DNA of 64,000 nucleotides from an uncultured Bdellovibrionales bacterium (GTDB lineage: Bacteria > Patescibacteriota > Minisyncoccia > Moranbacterales > UBA1568). A program made the translations under genes and the position numbers. The DNA lies in NCBI GenBank assembly GCA_964395165.1, contig CAYMZY010000001.1:1695-65694 (forward strand), read 5' to 3'. The notes below the pieces were generated by a model. That model had not been told where the DNA came from, did not search any database, and was given only the letters and a program-made list of their open reading frames with translations. Positions 29,771-37,790 of this stretch are shown piece after piece (position 1 is the first letter of the stretch; each line of letters starts with the position of its first letter).

Positions 29771-29779
29771 TGGTATACT
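29771..29779 (+). promoter_or_regulatory. Extended -10 promoter for the flavinylation cassette
   Basis: TGgTATACT, 20 nt before the ATG at 29800. Confidence 0.55.
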
Positions 29780-29799
29780 GGGTAGGTGATAATAGGCGT

Positions 29800-30189
29800 A
29801 TGATTGAAAAAGGAAAAATTAGATTCATAGTGGCGCTCGTCGTCCTGATCGTTTTCTCGATACTTCTGTTCGGTGTCCTGTACCGCGAACAGGGGAAACG
29901 TATCGCGAAGGCCGAATCCGACCGACAGGTGTTTTTGGAAGAACAGCGGGCTATCGAACAGGATCGGAAGCAGTATTTTGAAAATGTTGCAGCCAAACGG
30001 GCCGAGTTGCGTTCTGGCATGGCGGAAAGCAAGAGTCAGTATGAGCAGCTTCTGAATAACCAGCCGGAGGCTATCGCGAAAAATAAGACGACAACCACAG
30101 AGACAGCGACGGTTCCCGTGAAGACGACTGTAACGACACCGGTAACGGTTTCTAAGCCGACAGCGACCCGGAAAACGAAATCATCTTGA
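29800..30189 (+). CDS. Membrane-anchored coiled-coil protein with a Thr-rich stalk ending RKTKSS
   Basis: One N-terminal TM helix, coiled coil, T/V/P linker; first gene of the apbE cassette. Confidence 0.75.
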   Translation: MIEKGKIRFIVALVVLIVFSILLFGVLYREQGKRIAKAESDRQVFLEEQRAIEQDRKQYFENVAAKRAELRSGMAESKSQYEQLLNNQPEAIAKNKTTTTETATVPVKTTVTTPVTVSKPTATRKTKSS

Positions 30190-30194
30190 ATCTT

Positions 30195-30716
30195 ATGACT
30201 CTCCGCTTTCCTCTGGCCAGTATTTTTCTTCTCGGGATAGCGGGTATCTCTCTGATTTTTTGGTACCGGGAAATACGGGTATCGGACGTCCAGAATACTT
30301 TTTCTGGAAGGGTCGCGCTTGCGGATGATGAAGACGATGACGATGATGAAGAGGATGATGAGGACGATAAGGAAGAAGATGACGATGAGGACGATGATGA
30401 CTCAGATACCTCCCGGTCAGCCCGACCGAAGGAAACCGTCATTACGACTTATCGGCTTGTAGAGAGGACCGTGACCCTGTTGGATGAAAAGTTCAGAGTG
30501 GATACGGACGGGGACCTGCTCGTAGACGGGCTTGATCCGCATCCGGACACTCCTGAATCGGCGTACTTCACCGATGATGACGAAGATGCGGTTCCGAACG
30601 CCCTGGATGCGTATCCGGGTGAGGATGATTTTCTCGTTTTCGGAGATGAGGAGGATCAGGATAAGGATGGTATTCTGGATTCTTTTGTTGCTGCGTCCTC
30701 GAAAGAGATATGGTGA
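30195..30716 (+). CDS. Membrane-anchored acidic protein with poly-D/E tract and TSP3-like Ca-binding repeats
   Basis: TM helix, about 26-residue D/E run, DTDGDLLVDGLDPHP, DDDEDAVPNALDAYP, DQDKDGILD. Confidence 0.75.
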   Translation: MTLRFPLASIFLLGIAGISLIFWYREIRVSDVQNTFSGRVALADDEDDDDDEEDDEDDKEEDDDEDDDDSDTSRSARPKETVITTYRLVERTVTLLDEKFRVDTDGDLLVDGLDPHPDTPESAYFTDDDEDAVPNALDAYPGEDDFLVFGDEEDQDKDGILDSFVAASSKEIW

Positions 30717-30759
30717 AGGTTTCTGGTTCCGTTTTTCAGTGGTCGATTTTATCCTGCGT

Positions 30760-31719
30760 ATGGTCTGGAAAAAACGGGAACGGGAGCTGAAGGGTGAAAT
30801 CATGCGGACCGATGTTTTTGTGCAAGTCTTTTCGAAAACGCGTGAAGAGGGACTGATGGAAGAAGATTTGGACCGGGCATTTCGGATGTTCCGTGATTTT
30901 GAGTCACGTTTCAGTCGGTTTCGGGAGGGGAACGAGCTCTCGGATCTAAATCGGTCTTCCGTCTGCCACGTCTCTGTCGATTTGTTCGAGATATTGTCCC
31001 TTTGTCGGAAATACTATGAAGAAACTGGCGGGGTATTCGACCCGGCCGTGCTTCCAATACTTGAGCAGGAGGGGTATCGGGCTAGTTTCGGTACGGAGCA
31101 TTTCGGTATACCGAGCAAAGAGAAGATTGTTCGGAGATATGATTTTTCCGACCTCCGGATGGATCGCGCAACTCTTATCGTCTCGAAGCCTATCGGCTGT
31201 CGTATCGATCTCGGGGGTATCGGAAAGGGATACGCTGTCGGTTGTGTCTCCCAGATGTTGGCGGAGTCTTATCAGGATTTTATCGTAGATGCTGGCGGAG
31301 ATATATATGTTGCCGGTCGGAATCGCATGACGCGTTTCCCGTATTTCGCAATCGATATCGAGAACGCGTTTCGGAAAGATGAGAGTGCGGGACTACTTCT
31401 TCTTTCGGGTCAAGCAGTGGCGACTTCGGGTGTCAACCGGAGACGTTGGCAGAGCGACGGACAAGAGAAATCACATCTTATCGATGTGGAGAAGGGTGGG
31501 AGCGTCTCCGGTGATATTCTGACTGTGACGGTGGTCGATCCTTCGCCGGTGCGTGCCGATATCATGGCGAAGACACTCTGTATTCTCGGTCGGAAGAAGG
31601 GAATGCTGCTTGCTCAAAGGAATCGTCTTCCAGCTCTTTTTCTTCTGAAAGATGGTACAATGGAAGTGAATGAATTCATGAAACCATACGTATGGGAAGA
31701 CGATACCTTCTTTTTATGA
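30760..31719 (+). CDS. apbE: FAD:protein FMN transferase
   Basis: SRFREGNELSDLN, TGGVFDP, DLGGIGKGY, DAGGDI, ATSG, HLID; no signal peptide or lipobox. Confidence 0.93.
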   Translation: MVWKKRERELKGEIMRTDVFVQVFSKTREEGLMEEDLDRAFRMFRDFESRFSRFREGNELSDLNRSSVCHVSVDLFEILSLCRKYYEETGGVFDPAVLPILEQEGYRASFGTEHFGIPSKEKIVRRYDFSDLRMDRATLIVSKPIGCRIDLGGIGKGYAVGCVSQMLAESYQDFIVDAGGDIYVAGRNRMTRFPYFAIDIENAFRKDESAGLLLLSGQAVATSGVNRRRWQSDGQEKSHLIDVEKGGSVSGDILTVTVVDPSPVRADIMAKTLCILGRKKGMLLAQRNRLPALFLLKDGTMEVNEFMKPYVWEDDTFFL

Positions 31720-32591
31720 CTTTTGTTGTCGGAGTCGTTTTTTTTGGTACCTTTTTGCAGTCCCAGGTGACCTCAGCCGCTATCAAGGATACTGATTTAG
31801 ATAGTCTGACCGATGAGAGTGAGTCTTCCCTCTATCATACCGATCCGGCTGTTTTCGACACGGATGGGGATGGTGTCGGAGATGGCAGTGAGATAGTGAG
31901 CGGGACAAGCCCTTTGGATCCGCGTAGTTCCCGTCTTTCCGATCTGGTCCGTCCGGATGTCGGAATCATGGGGAATAAGGATCAATGGTCCTGGTATTTC
32001 GGTCGGGTGACCGGACTACTCGCCTTCGTCCTGCTTACGTTTGGTGCGATATACGGACTCGTGATGAGCTCTCGTGTGTTTCAGAGAGTGATTTCCGGGG
32101 CGGCCGCCTATGAATTACATCGGACGCTTTCCTGGGTCAGTTTGGGAGCGGTCCTGCTCCATGTCGGAAGTTTTTTCTTTGATGATTTCTTACGTATCCG
32201 ATTCATCGAAGCGATAGTGCCGGGGGTGCTCACGCGTGATTTTCCATCGGCGCTTGGGTTCGATATGGGATTGGCAGTCGCTTTTGGTATCGTGGCCCTG
32301 TATTTTATGATCATCCTCCTCCTCACTTCTGAGTTCCGGGCCAAGCTCTCACAGCGGGCATGGAGAAGGACGCACTATCTGAGTTTCCTTGCTTATGCGG
32401 CTTTCGTCGCGCATGGCTTCATGGCTGGTTCCGATTCGGGAGAGCTATGGGTCCGCGGCATGTATATCGTTTCCTCCACATCGGTTCTTCTACTGGTAGC
32501 GATTCGGATCGTCTCTCGGACGCTTCTGTTGAAGCGGCAAGCCTTTTCGGAAAATCGGATTCCTTCGGAGAACCCGCCTTCCGTTTCCTGA
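31692..32591 (+). CDS. Ferric-reductase/MsrQ-like di-heme membrane protein with N-terminal TSP3-like repeats
   Basis: WYFGRVTG; four TM histidines (ELHRTL, LLHVG, WRRTHYLSF, VAHGF); DTDGDGVGDGSE repeats. Confidence 0.85.
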   Translation: MGRRYLLFMTFVVGVVFFGTFLQSQVTSAAIKDTDLDSLTDESESSLYHTDPAVFDTDGDGVGDGSEIVSGTSPLDPRSSRLSDLVRPDVGIMGNKDQWSWYFGRVTGLLAFVLLTFGAIYGLVMSSRVFQRVISGAAAYELHRTLSWVSLGAVLLHVGSFFFDDFLRIRFIEAIVPGVLTRDFPSALGFDMGLAVAFGIVALYFMIILLLTSEFRAKLSQRAWRRTHYLSFLAYAAFVAHGFMAGSDSGELWVRGMYIVSSTSVLLLVAIRIVSRTLLLKRQAFSENRIPSENPPSVS

Positions 32592-32600
32592 TTTTTTCGT

Positions 32601-33863
32601 ATGATACTTCGATTTTTCTCGCGTCATGCCCAATCGTTTCTCTTCGCCTTGCGGACGATACTTTCCCATAAGGCTCGGACATTCCTTGCTTTGCTTGGAG
32701 TGGTAATCGGAGTCCTTTCCATTATCGTGATCACGTCTTTCGGAGATGGAGTCAAAGGATTCATTCTCGGTCAGGTAGCGAGTTTCGGTTCGGATTTTGT
32801 TCAGGTGGAGACACAGGTTCCGGGGGCCGGTGATTCTCCCTCGGGTCAGGCGATGGGGAAGCTGACGATTACGACCCTGAAAATCGATGATGCGGAAGCG
32901 GTCCGCCGCTTGCCGAATGTCGCTGAGGTGTATGCCGGGAGCATCGGCCAGGAGCGCGCGAGTTATCGGGGGGTTCACAAACGCATCCTGCTTTTCGGTG
33001 CTTCTGCAACCGCTCCGATTGTCGATCCGAATCTCAAGCTTGAGTCGGGGCGTTTCTATTCGACGGATGAGGATGATGGATTGGCACAAGTGGTCGTGCT
33101 TGGAGCCGATATCAAGGATGCTCTGTTCGGAAGGGAAAGCGAGGCGGTAGGAGAGACGATCCGTATAAAAGGGCAGGGGTACAAGGTAGTCGGCGTTCTA
33201 GCTCGACGTGGCTCAGTCGCCTTTCTGAATTTTGATGAGATGACCTATGTGCCAGTGCGGACGTTGCAGAAGAAGATTCTCGGTGTCAATCACATCGCTT
33301 TTTTCACGTCGAAGATGAATGATATCTCGCGTGAGGACGAGACAGTGGCACTCATCCGCGAGACGCTTCGGAGACGGCACGATATTACCGATCCCGACCG
33401 GGATGATTTCATCGTGACATCGGCTCGTGAAGCACAGGAGACAGTATCTTCCATATTGGGAGCGATGAGTCTTCTCCTGATGTTTCTTACTTCGATTTCG
33501 CTCGTCGTCGGGGGAGTAGGTATCATGAATGTCATGTATGTCTCCGTGGCGGAGCGGACGAGTGAGATCGGACTCCGGAAGGCAGTCGGCGCTTCCTCGA
33601 AGAGCGTTCTTTGGCAATTTCTTTTTGAGGCTCTCATTATCACGGTGCTCGGTGGTCTTATCGGCGTGTTGCTCGGGGTGATTGTCACGTGGGGATTGAC
33701 CTTTTTGTCCGGGCAGCTCGGATACGGTCTCGAGCTCGCCTTCACTCTTCGTTCGTTCTTGCTTGGTGTTGGGTTTGCCGGTCTGGTCGGCATCGTTTTT
33801 GGATTAGCTCCTGCCTATCGTGCTTCGCGCCTCTCACCGATGGAAGCTTTGCGCAGGGAGTGA
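32601..33863 (+). CDS. MacB/FtsX-type ABC permease 2
   Basis: LALLGVVIGV, ISLVVGGVGIMN, EIGLRKAVGA, PMEALRRE. Confidence 0.94.
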   Translation: MILRFFSRHAQSFLFALRTILSHKARTFLALLGVVIGVLSIIVITSFGDGVKGFILGQVASFGSDFVQVETQVPGAGDSPSGQAMGKLTITTLKIDDAEAVRRLPNVAEVYAGSIGQERASYRGVHKRILLFGASATAPIVDPNLKLESGRFYSTDEDDGLAQVVVLGADIKDALFGRESEAVGETIRIKGQGYKVVGVLARRGSVAFLNFDEMTYVPVRTLQKKILGVNHIAFFTSKMNDISREDETVALIRETLRRRHDITDPDRDDFIVTSAREAQETVSSILGAMSLLLMFLTSISLVVGGVGIMNVMYVSVAERTSEIGLRKAVGASSKSVLWQFLFEALIITVLGGLIGVLLGVIVTWGLTFLSGQLGYGLELAFTLRSFLLGVGFAGLVGIVFGLAPAYRASRLSPMEALRRE

Positions 33864-33885
33864 AAACGGAAAGATCCGTGGAAAT

Positions 33886-33920
33886 AAAAAAACGCCGCAA
33901 TATGTCGCGGCGTTTTGTTT
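33886..33920. terminator. Bidirectional terminator between convergent genes
   Basis: AAAAAAACGCCGC-loop-GCGGCGTTTTGTTT. Confidence 0.75.
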
Positions 33921-33922
33921 GG

Positions 33923-34396
33923 TCAGTCAGTGACCGACTGTGCTCTGATCCAGTCAGTCTCCTTGAACCCCTCCCTTATTTCCTGCTTAATATAATAAGG
34001 CATATTTACTTCGGAGCTACCATACCACTTTTCGACAAGTTCAAGTCTTTTTCGAATTTGCCGGGCCCGATCTGGGCATCCCGAGAACGGTATCAGTTCT
34101 TGGACACGCGCCAGGAGCTTCCCTGAGCAGTACGGCACGAACCGCGAAGGACGATACTGCACGGCCAGTGCCATACAGTCGAAGTTATTCGCGTCAGCGA
34201 GCAACTCGAGCGCCTGTTCGGTATGCGCGGCATTAAGACTGCTGATAAGGTTTTTGATGCGGCCCGTATCGGCTGGTTTGTGCTTGCAGTCTCCGATGAG
34301 AGCTGCTATCTCTTGCAGATGATGCCCTGCGCTTTCTTCGCGCTTCGGAGAGCGAAGCTTGAGTTGAAGTAAGCAAGCTGTGAAAAGAGCGTTCAT
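33923..34396 (-). CDS. Hypothetical protein (157 aa)
   Basis: SD AAAGGA, consensus promoter upstream and terminator downstream; no recognised motif. Confidence 0.65.
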   Translation of the reverse strand: MNALFTACLLQLKLRSPKREESAGHHLQEIAALIGDCKHKPADTGRIKNLISSLNAAHTEQALELLADANNFDCMALAVQYRPSRFVPYCSGKLLARVQELIPFSGCPDRARQIRKRLELVEKWYGSSEVNMPYYIKQEIREGFKETDWIRAQSVTD

Positions 34397-34483
34397 TTCG
34401 TATCCTTTCGGGATAGAGGAGGGGGTAAAAGAACCGTTTATTTTCAGTAAAATAAGACTTCCAGCCTCATTAACTGAAATTTG

Positions 34484-34512
34484 ATTATATCATATAAAGT
34501 TTGTTATGTCAA
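34484..34512 (-). promoter_or_regulatory. Perfect consensus sigma70 promoter
   Basis: Reverse strand TTGACA-17 nt-TATAAT with an extended TG. Confidence 0.85.
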
Positions 34513-34638
34513 TATAACGGGTGCAGAGGTTCAATCAGTAAGTGTAAAACCGTAATTTCAGTGTATGGTACGGGAGTACTGATTGTTGACTATCGAGGAA
34601 TGGGAAATCGTCGTCAGCGAACGTGAAGACTTGGGTTT

Positions 34639-36714
34639 TTAGAGTGTACTGTCAGCGAACGGATCAGATTCAATTTTCTGGTAACGTTTCTTTTTCATTT
34701 TTTTCGCCTCGCTTTCTGGAATTTCGCGCCCGGTCTTCCTGTCGAGGTAAACGGTCTTTTTTTCGATCGAGGCGAGAGCGAGTCCTGGTGGACGGACGGG
34801 AAGAGGACTTGCGGACTTTGCCGGCGTGTAGGCGATGAAGACCGCTTCCGGATTCGCGAATCCGGAAGCATCGATGAATGATCGCCAGATGGGAGCGGCG
34901 ACGAAGATGCCGTCTGAACCGGCAGTCATCGGGGAATGGTCATTGTTTCCGACCCAGACGGCAGCGGAAATGGAAGGAGTGTATCCGACGGTCCAGGCAT
35001 CATTGAAATCCTGCGAGGTGCCGGTCTTGGCGGCGACCGCCTTTCCGGGAGGGAACGCGAGAGGGCTTCTTGGTCCGAAGATTGGCGTTCGAGCGGCATT
35101 GTCCGAGAGGATGGAGTTGATTTTGCGTGCGACTTCCGTATCCAGGACACGTTTTCCTTCCGACGGCGAGGCTTCGAAGATGTTCTGTCCTTGGGAGTCG
35201 GTGATGGAACGGATAGGGAGCATATCATAAGCGATTCCTTCTTGGCCGAAGACGCCGAAGGCTCGTGCCATATCGATCGGTCGGACTTCCGCCCCCCCGA
35301 GAGTCAGGGAAAGTCCATAGCGCTTCGGTTCGGTAAGGGTGGTGATACCAAGTCGAGTAGCGGTGTCAATGGTCGCGTCGATACCGGCAAGCGCGAGGGT
35401 TTCGACCGCTGGGACATTGAGTGACATGGCGAGTGCCTGACGCATGGTGAGAAGGCCGTGGAATTTTCCGTCGTAGTTCCGAGGGATATAACTTGCGCCT
35501 GAACCGTCGGGTCCGAAATCGATAGGTGTGTCGTAGATCTTCGTTTCCGGTTCATAGCCTTTGCTGAAAGCGGTGGCATAGGTGAACGGCTTGAAAGATG
35601 ATCCTGGCTGGCGTTTGCTTTGCGTGACATTGACATTGCCATCGATTCCGCTATCGAAATAGTTTTTCGAGCCGACCATAGCGAGGATTTCTCCGTTCTG
35701 TGGATCGGTAGCTATGAGCGCGGCGTTGTTCGCATGGCGCGGGGCATTGCGTTTGGCCCCCTCTACGACCGCTTGTTCAGCAATCGCTTGGAGACGGAGA
35801 TCGAGTGAAGTGATGACGCGAAATCCGGAGGTACGAAGCGTTTGCTCATCGTATGTTTTCCTGAGTTCGTCGATGATGAAGAAGACGAAATGAGGCGCCC
35901 GTATCGATTCCTGTCTCGGCCGTACTTGTTCCAAGAGATCGACGGAATCAGCCTGCTTGAACGCATCGGTCGAGATGGCTCCGAGCTCATGCATAGCGAT
36001 AAGTATGTGTCGTTTCCGCCGGATAAGTTCGCTTCTTCCTTCGCCATAAGGAGAGAGCGCCGATGGCGCGGAAGGAAGAGCGGCAAGGAAAGCGGCTTCT
36101 TCGACAGTTAGATCGGATGCTGATTTTCCGAAATAAGTATTGGCGGCCGTTTCGATCCCATATGCATTGGCGCCGTAGGGGACCGTATTGAGGTAGAGGT
36201 CGAGGATTTCATCCTTATCGAGTACTTGCTCGATTTTGAGCGCCAGGACGATCTCTTTGAGTTTTCGGGAGAAGGTCTTTTCTCTGGTCAGATAGAGTGC
36301 CCGGGCTACCTGCTGAGTGATTGTCGATCCTCCTTGGCGGATGCTCCCGGATCGAAGATTTTTGATGAGAGCGCGGAAGAGGGAAGGAGTATCGATTCCC
36401 GGGTGAATGAAGAAATTCTTGTCTTCGGCGGCGAGAGTCGCTTGTCGGATTGTATCAGGGATCCGTCCATGCGGAAGGACGATGCGGTTCTCTTCCGCAT
36501 AGAGCCGGTAGAGCTCTTGTGTCCCAGTCCGATCATAGAGGATGGAGGTCCGATCATGCGGGAGATCGCGGATATGGTCGAGAGACGGGAGACCGATAAA
36601 AAAGATGGCGCTACCTCCGAGAAGGATACCGATGATTAGAAGGGAGGCTAACCAGCCGGATTCTTTGAGAATTCGTAGGAGAATGGCTCGGAACAGAGCG
36701 GATCGGACAGGCAT
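34639..36714 (-). CDS. Class A penicillin-binding protein (PBP1A family)
   Basis: EDKNF..H.G, GGSTITQQ, RKLKE, SSFK, SLN, KTG. Confidence 0.95.
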   Translation of the reverse strand: MPVRSALFRAILLRILKESGWLASLLIIGILLGGSAIFFIGLPSLDHIRDLPHDRTSILYDRTGTQELYRLYAEENRIVLPHGRIPDTIRQATLAAEDKNFFIHPGIDTPSLFRALIKNLRSGSIRQGGSTITQQVARALYLTREKTFSRKLKEIVLALKIEQVLDKDEILDLYLNTVPYGANAYGIETAANTYFGKSASDLTVEEAAFLAALPSAPSALSPYGEGRSELIRRKRHILIAMHELGAISTDAFKQADSVDLLEQVRPRQESIRAPHFVFFIIDELRKTYDEQTLRTSGFRVITSLDLRLQAIAEQAVVEGAKRNAPRHANNAALIATDPQNGEILAMVGSKNYFDSGIDGNVNVTQSKRQPGSSFKPFTYATAFSKGYEPETKIYDTPIDFGPDGSGASYIPRNYDGKFHGLLTMRQALAMSLNVPAVETLALAGIDATIDTATRLGITTLTEPKRYGLSLTLGGAEVRPIDMARAFGVFGQEGIAYDMLPIRSITDSQGQNIFEASPSEGKRVLDTEVARKINSILSDNAARTPIFGPRSPLAFPPGKAVAAKTGTSQDFNDAWTVGYTPSISAAVWVGNNDHSPMTAGSDGIFVAAPIWRSFIDASGFANPEAVFIAYTPAKSASPLPVRPPGLALASIEKKTVYLDRKTGREIPESEAKKMKKKRYQKIESDPFADSTL

Positions 36715-36860
36715 ACGCGGAAATGATACAGAATGGACTTTGTCAGGGACAGTGTTTCAGTGTACCCTAAGAGGAGGCTGACGTGAAGTCCTTAAGTGTA
36801 TTCCGATATTTTTCGTCGGTCGTTTTGGGGAAAAGTACTTGTTTTAAAGAATGTCTTCTT

Positions 36861-37400
36861 ATGAAGCTTCCAGTTGTCAGACCACTCTACGTATTTCTTC
36901 GATGGATTGGTGCGCCGGTGATTTGGGAAAAATCAGTGGGAGCGGTACTATTCCGGGAAACGGAAACGGGCCGGGAATATCTGCTGCTTCGGTATCCGAG
37001 CGGGCATTATGAGTTTCCTCGCGGGCATGTCGAAGAGGGAGAGACGGAAGAACAGACTCTACGCCGGGAGGTGGAGGAGGAGACCGGGGTAAAGGAAATG
37101 GAAGTTTATCCTTTCCGGACGGAGAATCGTTTTTTCTATGTGGCGCATGGGAGTGAGAAGGTCCGCCGGGAACGCGAAAAGCGTGGTACGTGGATTTTCA
37201 AACGGGCATTTTTTTATCCGGCGAGGACGAATGAGGCGGAAGTACAGCTCTCTCATGAACATCGGGAATGGCTTTGGCTTCCGTTTTCGGAGGCTCTTGG
37301 AAAGGTGACTTTTGCGAATGCCAGAAAAGTGTTAGAAAGAAGTGAGAACTATCTTCGGAAGAGAGAAGCGTCTTCCGGAAAACGGGTGTCGGATGCTTGA
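36861..37400 (+). CDS. NUDIX hydrolase (Ap4A hydrolase-like)
   Basis: Nudix box GHVEEGETEEQTLRREVEEETG and LSHEH. Confidence 0.9.
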   Translation: MKLPVVRPLYVFLRWIGAPVIWEKSVGAVLFRETETGREYLLLRYPSGHYEFPRGHVEEGETEEQTLRREVEEETGVKEMEVYPFRTENRFFYVAHGSEKVRREREKRGTWIFKRAFFYPARTNEAEVQLSHEHREWLWLPFSEALGKVTFANARKVLERSENYLRKREASSGKRVSDA

Positions 37401-37437
37401 TGCGATGAAGTCGAATAATCCGGTAAGAATACCTCCT

Positions 37438-37674
37438 ATGCCATACGATATCGATCCGAATCGTTCGTTCGAGCAGAATATCTTTTTTGAGGTGAAGCGA
37501 CGTGCGAATGAGCAGGGTGTCACCGACCTGAACGAGTACCTCGATCTGGTAGCGGAAGTGATCGCGGAGAAATTAGACGACGGTGTTTTGACCAAACATG
37601 ACGATTTGGCTCAATTACGGGCTGATTTGGAGCATCGTTTTGGGGAAATTGGTGAGGAAACGGATGAGTATTGA
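37438..37674 (+). CDS. Small acidic hypothetical protein (78 aa)
   Basis: Helical, protein-like composition; fills the gap between NUDIX and ABC-F. Confidence 0.65.
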   Translation: MPYDIDPNRSFEQNIFFEVKRRANEQGVTDLNEYLDLVAEVIAEKLDDGVLTKHDDLAQLRADLEHRFGEIGEETDEY

Positions 37675-37737
37675 TTCTTTTCTGAATTTATAGTATAATA
37701 GAGAGGTAGAAGAAAAGACCGGAATGCGGTCTTTTTT
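37671..37737 (+). promoter_or_regulatory. Promoter followed by a terminator hairpin upstream of ABC-F
   Basis: TTGATT-17 nt-TATAAT (37671-37699); AAAAGACCG-GAATG-CGGTCTTTTTT (37713-37737). Confidence 0.6.
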
Positions 37738-37790
37738 GATGGCAGAATGTTTGTACCTAGGGAATTCTCATCCATGTCGCTTCTTTTCCT

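Noticed and set aside
30321-30402. GAT/GAC/GAA-rich low-complexity run as a possible CRISPR or VNTR
   Set aside because: It encodes the poly-D/E tract with mixed codons and has no repeat-spacer structure. No CRISPR array or cas gene was seen in the window.
30532-30759. N-terminal extension of ApbE in the ORF track
   Set aside because: It overlaps the acidic-protein gene out of frame and is not signal-like; ATG 30760 fits the family start.
34613-34661. 11-bp direct repeat GTCAGCGAACG at the PBP 3' end as a possible att site
   Set aside because: The copies start only 38 bp apart and no integrase is nearby; a local duplication or chance is more likely.
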